Source: Peptococcia bacterium
GTDB lineage: Bacteria > Bacillota > Peptococcia > DRI-13 > DTU073
Reading direction: 5' to 3'
Length of the DNA stretch: 64,000 nt
Assembly: GCA_050951585.1 (NCBI GenBank)
Contig: JBMNJI010000001.1
Location: 40 to 64,039 of the forward strand
Made by a program: the position numbers and the translations under genes. A model generated the notes under the pieces. It had not been told where the DNA came from and did not search any database. It saw nothing but the letters and a program-made list of their open reading frames with translations. How positions within the stretch are numbered: the stretch's first letter is position 1; each line of letters starts with the position of its first letter. Below are positions 30,949 to 42,524 of the stretch, piece by piece.

Positions 30949-31437
30949 ATGCGCAAAAAAAACAAAGCGTTAGATTATCTAAATTACGCGCTCAGTTTTG
31001 GACTAACCCTGGTGATTACTGCTTATATACTTTATTTAGCTGGCAGTTGGCTGGATAAGCGTTTAGGAACAGACCCTCTTTTCATGATCCTGGGCGTACT
31101 TTTAGCCATCGTCACCGTTTTCCGGCAAATGATTAACGAGCTTCTGAATATGGAGAAAGAGAAGAAGGAAAACACCCTCGAAGAGAATCCAATACCGGAA
31201 AACATAGAATTAGAATTAGACAAGGTCCGGACAAATCAACCGGAAGAGAAACAGGAAGATGAACAGGAAAATAAGCCGGAAGATGGACAGGAAGAAGAGC
31301 AAGAAGATAAACAAGATGATAAGCATGAGGATATACAAGAAAATAAACAGGAAGAAAAACAGAAAAATAAAATAGAAGAGCAAAAAGCAGAGCAAGAAAA
31401 GGGCAAAAAAGGTAAGCACAGAAAGACAAAGAAATAG
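30949..31437 (+). CDS. atpZ: AtpZ/AtpI-family small membrane protein with a long E/K/Q-rich tail
   Basis: Two TM helices (LNYALSFGLTLVITAYILYLAGSWLDKRLGT..LFMILGVLLAIVTVF) are typical of AtpZ. They are followed by ~95 aa of KE/Q-rich low complexity. Confidence 0.7.
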   Translation: MRKKNKALDYLNYALSFGLTLVITAYILYLAGSWLDKRLGTDPLFMILGVLLAIVTVFRQMINELLNMEKEKKENTLEENPIPENIELELDKVRTNQPEEKQEDEQENKPEDGQEEEQEDKQDDKHEDIQENKQEEKQKNKIEEQKAEQEKGKKGKHRKTKK

Positions 31438-31447
31438 GTGAGAGTAA

Positions 31448-31759
31448 ATGCCTGCATGGGGTATATGGGGTTTGAAAGGGCTCGCGCTGGGGTGTACCGG
31501 AGCGGCAATCAACTTTCTGATTTTGATCAAAGCAAGCGCACGGATGGAAAAAGTGCCGGAGAAGGCTAATGCCACGTTGGGGTTTTGTTATCTCCTACGC
31601 TTTGCGGTTAGTTTGGGGACTCTCCTGATTGCGTTTTTTTGCTTCGCCAGGAGCACTTCCTTTTTGGTGGGAGTGGCTTTTGGTCTGACCATACCAAGTT
31701 ATTTTTATTTTTTGTACTTTAATGGAAGAGGAAAACAAAATCTCGAAAGAAAGGAGTGA
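31448..31759 (+). CDS. atpI: ATP synthase subunit I
   Basis: Small hydrophobic protein of 103 aa lying directly upstream of atpB. Confidence 0.7.
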   Translation: MPAWGIWGLKGLALGCTGAAINFLILIKASARMEKVPEKANATLGFCYLLRFAVSLGTLLIAFFCFARSTSFLVGVAFGLTIPSYFYFLYFNGRGKQNLERKE

Positions 31760-32484
31760 GAACACAAATGTTTGCCACACCGGTTTATGCGGCTACGCAA
31801 GAGGGTGCTGAACATGGGGCAGCACTATTCGAAATCTTCGGGCTGGAAGTAACCAGTTATACGACAACGATGTGGGGATTAATGCTACTGCTGGCCATTG
31901 TCTCTTTTCTTGCCACCAGGAAATTGGAATTCATCCCGACGCGTCGTATCCAGATATTCATGGAAATGGTTCTGGAGATGATTATCGGATTTTTGACGCA
32001 GGTTATGGGCGACAGAGAGAAAGTGAAACGGTATCTTCCTTTACTGGGAACCTTTTTCATGCTCATCCTGATTTCCAACTATTCCGGTATATTACCCGGA
32101 GCAGGGCATATTAACGGGTTAGCAGCTCCGACCAGTACTTTAAGTGTAACCGCGGCTTTTGCCATTGTTGTCTTTTTTGCCACCCATTATTATGGAATAA
32201 AGGAGAACGGCTTAGGTTATTTTAAACATTTCGTTCAGCCGATCGCGATTTTATTACCTTTGAACATTATTGAGGAATTTACCAGACCTCTCTCGCTGGC
32301 TTTACGTTTGTATGGGAATATTTATGGCGAAGAAATGGTTGTTTTCGCGTTATTTAGCTTAGTACCTCTATTTTTGCCCTTACCCATACAGTTTCTAGGT
32401 CTTCTCTTTGGTTTTATTCAGGCTTTTGTCTTTACCTTATTGGCTGCAGTTTATATCAATTCGGCAACAGCAAGTCACCATTAA
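31756..32484 (+). CDS. atpB: F0F1 ATP synthase subunit a
   Basis: The conserved Arg motif region ...LSLALRLYGNIYGEE... is present. Start is GTG 31756 or ATG 31768. Confidence 0.95.
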   Translation: MRTQMFATPVYAATQEGAEHGAALFEIFGLEVTSYTTTMWGLMLLLAIVSFLATRKLEFIPTRRIQIFMEMVLEMIIGFLTQVMGDREKVKRYLPLLGTFFMLILISNYSGILPGAGHINGLAAPTSTLSVTAAFAIVVFFATHYYGIKENGLGYFKHFVQPIAILLPLNIIEEFTRPLSLALRLYGNIYGEEMVVFALFSLVPLFLPLPIQFLGLLFGFIQAFVFTLLAAVYINSATASHH

Positions 32485-32525
32485 TGCTATATTCAGATGC
32501 TTTTTTTCAATTGCAATGTTGCTAA

Positions 32526-32825
<300 letters not shown>

Positions 32826-32852
32826 TATTTCGAGCCGAAGGATGGGATAAGA

Positions 32853-32882
32853 GGGCGTTCCGGAGGGAACTCCGGACGCCCC
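32853..32882 (+). promoter_or_regulatory. strong intra-operon hairpin between atpE and atpF (no U-tract)
   Basis: gggcgttccggag ggaa ctccggacgccc forms 12 bp with one bulge. It is not followed by a T-run, so it is more likely an mRNA stability or processing element than a terminator. Confidence 0.4.
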
Positions 32883-32939
32883 CTGAACTCTCAGCATTAA
32901 CACAGTCCAACGGTACCAAAAGAGAGGTGAAGCAAACAA

Positions 32940-33424
32940 ATGAGTATATCTCCTTCAGATTTGCTCTTTGCTATCATAAACTTTTTAGTCTTGTTAGCCG
33001 TTTTGAAGAAGTTCCTTTATAAGCCTTTGATGACGATGATTGATGCCCGTGAGCAACAGGTGAAAGGCGACTTGGAAAACGCGGCAAAGGCCAAAGAGGA
33101 TGCGCAGAAAATAAAAGAAGAATATACAAAACAAATGGAACAAGCTAAACAGGAAGCCCAGCAGATTATTGACAAGGCTACCAAGATTGGGGAAGAAAGT
33201 CGGGAAGCCCTCCTTAGCCAGGCGAGAGAAGAAACCGCCAGAATGACCGAAAAGGCGCAGGAAATGATTCGGCTGGAAAAGGAAGAAGCCCTTACCCAAT
33301 TAAGAGGCGAAGTTGCTTCGTTAGTAGTTCTTGCTGCGGGCAAGGTGATAGATAAGACAATAGACCAACAATCCCACGAAAAACTGATTCGTGACTTTAT
33401 AGAAGAGGTGGGGGATGCGTCTTG

Positions 33425-33425
<1 letters not shown>
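32940..33425 (+). CDS. atpF: F0F1 ATP synthase subunit b
   Basis: One N-terminal TM helix is followed by a long charged coiled coil. Operon position supports the call. Confidence 0.93.
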
Positions 33426-35495
<2,070 letters not shown>

Positions 35496-35519
35496 CCCCG
35501 CAAAGAAGGTGGTGAGAGA

Positions 35520-36377
35520 ATGCCAGGTGTTCGGGATATTAAACGCCGGATCAGGAGTGTCAAAAATACTCAGCAAATCACCAAGGCGATGAAAATGGTT
35601 TCCGCCGCCAAGCTCAGAAGGACGCAAGCCGCGACCGTTGCCTCCCGCCCATACGCCCACAAGCTGGGGGAAATCCTGGAAAGGATTGTCGCTTCGGCGG
35701 GGGAAACAAAACATCCTTTGATGTTGGAAAGACCGGTTAAGTCTGCAGCGATTATTTTAGTATCCGCAGACAGAGGGCTGGCGGGTGGATATAATGCCAA
35801 CGTGATCAAAAAGGGTATCCTGGAAGCCGCCCGTCTCGGGGATACGGAAGTATCATTTTTCGCTGTTGGGCGTAAAGGACGCGATTTTTTGCGCCGGCGG
35901 AAAAAGAAGATTGACGGTGAGCTTATCGGTTTGAAAGACGTTCCGAGTTTTATTGATGCCCAAAATCTTGCTCAGCAATTGATTGATAGTTTTTTGGGTG
36001 GCACATATGATGCGGTCTATATCGTCTATCAGGAGTTTATAACCACAGTACAGCAGCGTCCGGTGCTTAAACAGCTTCTCCCCATTCCTTATGAAAAAGA
36101 GGAAGAGGACGAGGTTTCAGAGTACCTTTATGAGCCCGGGCCGCAGGAAGTACTGGGGGTACTCCTTCCCAAATATATCAACAATACAGTCTTTCATATT
36201 TTCATGGAGGCCAAAACCAGTGAGCATGGCGCTCGGATGGCGGCCATGGGTGCGGCAACCGATAATGCTGCGGAGATGATTGATAAACTGACGCTCTCCT
36301 ATAACCGTTCACGGCAGGCGGCGATTACCCGTGAGATTTCGGAGATTGTGGGTGGCGCCAATGCCTTACAGGGTTAA
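35520..36377 (+). CDS. atpG: F0F1 ATP synthase subunit gamma
   Basis: IKRRIRSVKNTQQITKAMKMVSAAKLRR...ITREISEIVGGA. Confidence 0.97.
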   Translation: MPGVRDIKRRIRSVKNTQQITKAMKMVSAAKLRRTQAATVASRPYAHKLGEILERIVASAGETKHPLMLERPVKSAAIILVSADRGLAGGYNANVIKKGILEAARLGDTEVSFFAVGRKGRDFLRRRKKKIDGELIGLKDVPSFIDAQNLAQQLIDSFLGGTYDAVYIVYQEFITTVQQRPVLKQLLPIPYEKEEEDEVSEYLYEPGPQEVLGVLLPKYINNTVFHIFMEAKTSEHGARMAAMGAATDNAAEMIDKLTLSYNRSRQAAITREISEIVGGANALQG

Positions 36378-36459
36378 GAAAAGCAGCTGAAGGTGAATAG
36401 CTTAAGGAAAAGTATAGCTAGTAAGAGAAATAAACCCAGCAACAATTTAGGGGGTGTAA

Positions 36460-37866
<1,407 letters not shown>

Positions 37867-37867
37867 T

Positions 37868-38272
37868 ATGGCTAAGATCCTGAACCTGGAAGTCGTTACG
37901 CCGGAAAGGATTATGCTTCAAGAAGAAGCCCATTCCATTATCGTTCCTGCTGCGGAAGGTTCTATGGGGCTTTTGCCCAATCATGCGCCGATTATCACCG
38001 GATTAACCCCGGGGGTGCTAAAATATCGCCAGGGTGCCGATTTGCATGTTGTGGCCATCGGCGGCGGCTTTATGGAGGTATCCAATAATAAGGTGACTAT
38101 TTTAGCTGATACGGCCGAATTACCCGGCGAAATAGACGTGGAAAGGGCGAAGGAGTCGCTGGAACGTGCGCAAATCCGTCTGAAGGAACCACCGCCGGGC
38201 CTGGATGTGCATCGGGCCGAGTTGGCCTTACATAGAGCCATCGCCCGTCTGCGTGCGGCAGAGTATAAATAG
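37868..38272 (+). CDS. atpC: F0F1 ATP synthase subunit epsilon
   Basis: MAKILNLEVVTPE... ATG 37868 lies right after the atpD stop; the ORF-track start 37784 is inside atpD. Confidence 0.95.
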   Translation: MAKILNLEVVTPERIMLQEEAHSIIVPAAEGSMGLLPNHAPIITGLTPGVLKYRQGADLHVVAIGGGFMEVSNNKVTILADTAELPGEIDVERAKESLERAQIRLKEPPPGLDVHRAELALHRAIARLRAAEYK

Positions 38273-38373
38273 CAACCGTACCAGATTTTAGCCACAAAAA
38301 ATTAGGGCTAAATAGCAGGATTATTGTTTTTCATGGCGAATTTCTAAAATAATTGCTTATGGGCAATTAACCT

Positions 38374-38425
38374 AAAACAGATGCACCGCAGTTTTCAGGA
38401 GCTGCGGTGTATCTGTTTTTAGGCC
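38374..38425 (+). terminator. rho-independent terminator of the atp operon
   Basis: A long stem aaaacagatgcaccgcag / ctgcggtgtatctgtttt is followed by ttt. Confidence 0.85.
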
Positions 38426-38632
38426 ATACAGCTTTTGCCGGCATGAATTAACGATGATGGTGGGAGAATAAATATTGTAATAAAATAACAACAAAAATAC
38501 AATAGAAATAAAAGGATATTGTCTTTTTATCTCGAAATTGGTTAAATAGTATATATAGACGAATAATAAAGGGGAGGCAACAACAAAACGGTCAGCTTGT
38601 CGTTCTGCAGGCTTTTTTGTTGGGAAAGAACA

Positions 38633-39929
38633 TTGGATAAAGCAGATAAAATCATTGTTTATGGCGGGAAAACTTTAAAAGGGAAAATCACGGTTAGCGG
38701 TGCGAAAAATGCCGTACTGCCGGTTATTATTGCCTCCTTATTGTCTGAGGGAATATGTCGGATTCAGGATATTCCTCATTTGGCCGATGTGGAGACGATT
38801 TGTGATGTGCTGGGAGAACTAGGGGCAACAGTTGAGCAGGAGCAGAATGGTGTTTTGAAAATATGTTGCAAGGATCTCAACAGTTCCGAAGCACCTTATG
38901 ATTATGTGAAAAAAATGCGCGCTTCCGTCTTAGTAATGGGGCCGCTGATTGCCCGCCTGGGCAAGGCCAAGGTTTCCCTGCCCGGAGGATGTGCCATTGG
39001 CACCAGGCCGATTGATTTACATCTCAAGGGCTTGGAAGCTTTAGGGGTACACATCAGCATGGAGCACGGCTATATTCTGGCGGAGTGCTTCCGGCTTGAA
39101 GGGGGCCCGTATTTATTTGGACTTCCCCAGTGTGGGGGCCACGGAACATATCATGATGGCGGGGACACTGGCGGAGGGGACAACGATTATTGAAAATGCG
39201 GCTGAAGAGCCGGAGATCGTTGATTTAGCCAATTTCATCAATAGTATGGGCGGCAATATTAAGGGCGCCGGCACCAAAGTGATCAAGATCGAAGGTGTGG
39301 AAGGTTTAGGGAGCACCACCCATACGATTATCCCCGACCGTATTGAGGCCGGCAGTTTTTTGGTTGCCGGGGCCATTACCGGGGGCGATCTTTTGCTGGA
39401 AAATGTGATTATCGACCATTTAAAACCGGTGGTGGCGAAGTTAATCGAAGCGGGAGTCGAGGTCCGCGAAGAAGGAAACGGCATTCGGCTGATCAGCAAC
39501 GGGCCGATCAAAGCTGTTGATCTGAAGACCCTGCCTTATCCGGGCTTCCCGACGGACATGCAAGCCCAGTTTATGGCGCTGATGGCGTTGGCGCAAGGGA
39601 CAAGCATCATTACCGAAACAGTCTTTGAGAACCGTTTTATGCATGCGGAGGAGTTGCGCCGCTTAGGGGCGGATATTAAAATCGAGGGACGCAGTGCGGT
39701 CGTTGAAGGCACGGAAAAGCTGACGGGCGCACAGGTCAAAGCCACTGATCTGCGGGCCGGGGCGGCGTTGATTATCGCCGGGCTGGCCGCCGAAGGGGAG
39801 ACAGTAATCTCCAATACCTACCACATTGACAGGGGTTATGATAATATTGTGGAGAAGTTGCGTGCCGTTGGCGCCAACATTCAACGGGAAGCGGAGCAGA
39901 ACAGACTGAAGCTGGTGCAGTATAAGTAG
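38633..39929 (+). pseudogene. murA: UDP-N-acetylglucosamine 1-carboxyvinyltransferase (MurA), interrupted by a +1 frameshift near nt 39085-39096
   Basis: ORF 38597-39193 encodes canonical MurA up to ...[36 protein letters not shown] and then nonsense. ORF 39096-39929, in another frame, continues with [47 protein letters not shown]... through the normal C-terminus. Removing one base in cttccggctt restores ...[14 protein letters not shown]. Confidence 0.85.
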
Positions 39930-40063
39930 AGAAGTGCGGTTCACCCGCGAAGGCCGGTTGATAGTTTATATGAGATGAGCGGTTAACAAAAGAAGAGCGG
40001 TTCTAAATGAAGCAAAAGGGACATATACTAGCCTGTGAGATTAAAGGAAAAGGGCTGGGTGAT

Positions 40064-41110
40064 ATGTCTCTTCGTTTTTTAGTAAAAAGGCCACGAAAAT
40101 ATGCGCGCTTGCTGTTGCCGGTTTGTGTTTTTACATTAATAATCCTTGGCGTAATGGCTTTATTTTTTTGTGCGCACAAACTGGTCGTCTATCTGGCGGC
40201 GGACCAGGAGATGGCGATAGAAGAGGATACGGTGACAATAAAGGTCTTCCTGCACGAGACACAAGAGGTGGTGGAAATGGGGCTGGAGGAATATATTGCG
40301 GGGGTGGTAGCGGCAGAAATGCCGGCTTCTTTTTCGTTAGAGGCGCTCAAGGCCCAGGCGGTAGCGGCGCGAACCTATGCGGTGAAACGGTTATTTGTCC
40401 CCGATTCCCGGGTTAAAGAAAGCAATCAGGAGGCGGACATCAGTACTGATCATACGATCAACCAGGCGTGGATCAGCACGGCGGAAATGAAAAGCCGCTG
40501 GGGCAAATGGAATTTTGCGGCGAACCGGGAGAAAATTGTGCAGGCGGTAGAAGCAACCCGGGGCAAGGTGCTTGTCTACAACGGGCAGATTGTCGACCCG
40601 GCTTATCACGCTTCTTGCGGGGGAAAGGGAACAGAAAATTCCGGAGACGTCTGGAAAGTTGATGTTCCCTATTTAAAAGGGGTTGCGTGCACAGGGCATC
40701 AGGACCGTCATCAGGCCGAGACGCATTTTTTTAGTCTGCAAAAGCTCGATTCCTTACTGGGAACGTCCTTGAATACTCTGCCGGCCAGTAAATTAACCAT
40801 CGGAGGGAAGGGTGCGTTAAGCATCAAAGAAAAGAGTAATTCCGGACGGATTCGGGAGGCGACGATTAGCGAAAAAACCTTTAGCGGGACGGAATTGCGC
40901 ACGAAACTCGCCTTACCCTCAACGCGTTTTAGCTGGAAAATCAAGGATGGCGGCGTTCTTTTTCAAACGAACGGTTATGGGCACGGCGTGGGGATGTGCC
41001 AATACGGCGCCAACGATTTGGCGCAGCAAGGAAAGAATTATGAGGAAATCCTCCGGCATTACTACAGCGGGGTGGAAATCGCGCGGATTAAAACTGGAAA
41101 AGGCAAGTAA
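40064..41110 (+). CDS. spoIID: stage II sporulation protein D (lytic transglycosylase)
   Basis: EEYIAGVVAAEMPASFSLEALKAQAVAARTYAV...YHASCGG...GHGVGMCQYGA is the SpoIID/LytB domain. It follows murA as in B. subtilis. Confidence 0.92.
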   Translation: MSLRFLVKRPRKYARLLLPVCVFTLIILGVMALFFCAHKLVVYLAADQEMAIEEDTVTIKVFLHETQEVVEMGLEEYIAGVVAAEMPASFSLEALKAQAVAARTYAVKRLFVPDSRVKESNQEADISTDHTINQAWISTAEMKSRWGKWNFAANREKIVQAVEATRGKVLVYNGQIVDPAYHASCGGKGTENSGDVWKVDVPYLKGVACTGHQDRHQAETHFFSLQKLDSLLGTSLNTLPASKLTIGGKGALSIKEKSNSGRIREATISEKTFSGTELRTKLALPSTRFSWKIKDGGVLFQTNGYGHGVGMCQYGANDLAQQGKNYEEILRHYYSGVEIARIKTGKGK

Positions 41111-41114
41111 AAAA

Positions 41115-41134
41115 GGAAGACAAAATTGTCTTCC
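41115..41134 (-). terminator. terminator hairpin (U-tract on the minus strand)
   Basis: ggaagaca aaat tgtcttcc. The A6 run to its left gives T6 after the hairpin on the minus strand, so it terminates the MNT gene and possibly also spoIID. Confidence 0.6.
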
Positions 41135-41243
41135 CCATAGTCTATTTCACATAATATTTGTTTTTAAAGTTTTTGTATCACAAATGCCAATACGTTGTCG
41201 GCATCAGCAATAGCAACTGAAACATCATTATCTGTTACCTATA

Positions 41244-41570
41244 CTAATTTTCTCCATATAATAACACTCCATCGCGGGCAATAGTTCTCTCTATAGTCGG
41301 TAGATTTTTACGTTGGTGAAATACACTTGATTTATTAACAAGAATATCAATAGCCTTTTTTTGTTCCTGATAAATAGCTTTTCCGACTATCTGCATCGCT
41401 TCAACTGGGCGAGGACCATCATCAGGAATTACTATATATATATCATAATCACTTTCTTCTGAAGGGGTTCCATACGCGTATGACCCAAAAAGATAGATTG
41501 CTTCAGTTTTAATTGTATTAAGAATTATGCGTTTAATATTTTCCAATTCGTCAAGAATTTGCGCGTTCAT
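41244..41570 (-). CDS. nucleotidyltransferase-domain protein (MNT-type, antitoxin-like)
   Basis: 108 aa with the GSxxxG...SDYD motif (LFGSYAYGTPSEESDYDIYIVI). The local DNA is AT-rich, unlike its neighbours. Confidence 0.85.
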   Translation of the reverse strand: MNAQILDELENIKRIILNTIKTEAIYLFGSYAYGTPSEESDYDIYIVIPDDGPRPVEAMQIVGKAIYQEQKKAIDILVNKSSVFHQRKNLPTIERTIARDGVLLYGEN

Positions 41571-41698
41571 GTTACCACCTTCCTTCTACTATAATTATAC
41601 ATTTATATTTAAATTAGCTCAAGTAGACGCCTTATTATATGGGAGATGCGACTATATCTGGAAAAAACAGGGCAGAATAGTAGCTGAGGTGATGCAAA

Positions 41699-42514
41699 AT
41701 GGTTCAGAATAAATACTCTAAACGGGCATGGATTTACTGTGGAGTGGTGTTGTTGGCGTTTTCTCTGTTTATACCGGTTTTAACGAGGGAGGTAAAGGAA
41801 AGAACAAACACAACTGCAAGCGCGAGCCGGGAAGATACGGCTGAAAGTATGACCGAAAATGTGACGGAGAAGGATGCCACTGAAAAAAACGCGGCGGCAA
41901 CTGCTGAGTCTGAGAATGATGAGCTTGAGGTTGCTGAGTCTGAGGCTACTGAAACTGGGAAATATGCGCCTGAAACATATGAAACTGAGAATGCTGAGCT
42001 TGAAAATGCTAAACCGGATTTGGCGGCCGAACAGGCTGTCAAGCCCGCTGATGTGGTTCAGGAGGAGATACTGCAGCAGACTACGGAGCCTCTTCCGCAG
42101 GTAGACATCAAAGAAATAATCTGGCCACTGAAAGGCGAAGTGATTCGCGAAGTAGGCTTGTCCTATTCCCAGACCTTCAGTGATTACAGGTACCATAACG
42201 GAATCGATATCAAGGCTGAACGGGGAGCACAGGCGGTCATGAGTCTGCCGGGGAAGGTTATCAAAAAAGAGACAACCAAAGACAATGGGCTGGTGCTTAC
42301 CTTTGAGCATGGCCAGCAAGATAATGTGGTCTGGCGCAGTGTTTATGCCCATCTTAGTGAAACGATCCTTCGGGAAGGCGATTCTGTAGAAGCCGGAGCC
42401 GTCGTGGGCATTATTGATCAACCCGGATATAATGAGATTATGGAAGGACCGCATCTTCATTACAGCCTTTATCAGAATGAACAGGTAGTTAATCCGCTCG
42501 ATTATTTACCGTAA
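41699..42514 (+). CDS. spoIIQ: M23/LytM-domain membrane protein, SpoIIQ-like
   Basis: An N-terminal TM helix and an acidic E/T/A-rich linker precede a C-terminal LytM domain (YRYHNGIDI...HLHYSLY). Its position between spoIID and spoIIID matches B. subtilis spoIIQ, so the symbol rests on synteny. Confidence 0.7.
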   Translation: MVQNKYSKRAWIYCGVVLLAFSLFIPVLTREVKERTNTTASASREDTAESMTENVTEKDATEKNAAATAESENDELEVAESEATETGKYAPETYETENAELENAKPDLAAEQAVKPADVVQEEILQQTTEPLPQVDIKEIIWPLKGEVIREVGLSYSQTFSDYRYHNGIDIKAERGAQAVMSLPGKVIKKETTKDNGLVLTFEHGQQDNVVWRSVYAHLSETILREGDSVEAGAVVGIIDQPGYNEIMEGPHLHYSLYQNEQVVNPLDYLP

Positions 42515-42524
42515 CTATCCTAAC

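Noticed and set aside
31133-31575. Three overlapping minus-strand ORFs rich in Leu/Phe/Ser/Cys
   Set aside because: They are antisense translations of the repetitive gaa/aag-rich DNA that encodes the AtpZ tail.
41640-41698. Forespore (sigma-F type) promoter upstream of the spoIIQ-like gene: GGGCAGAATA fits the -10 pattern GGnnAnAHTR
   Set aside because: The corresponding -35 position reads GACTA rather than G(C/T)ATA, and spacing alternatives are no better. This is too weak to call without transcript mapping.
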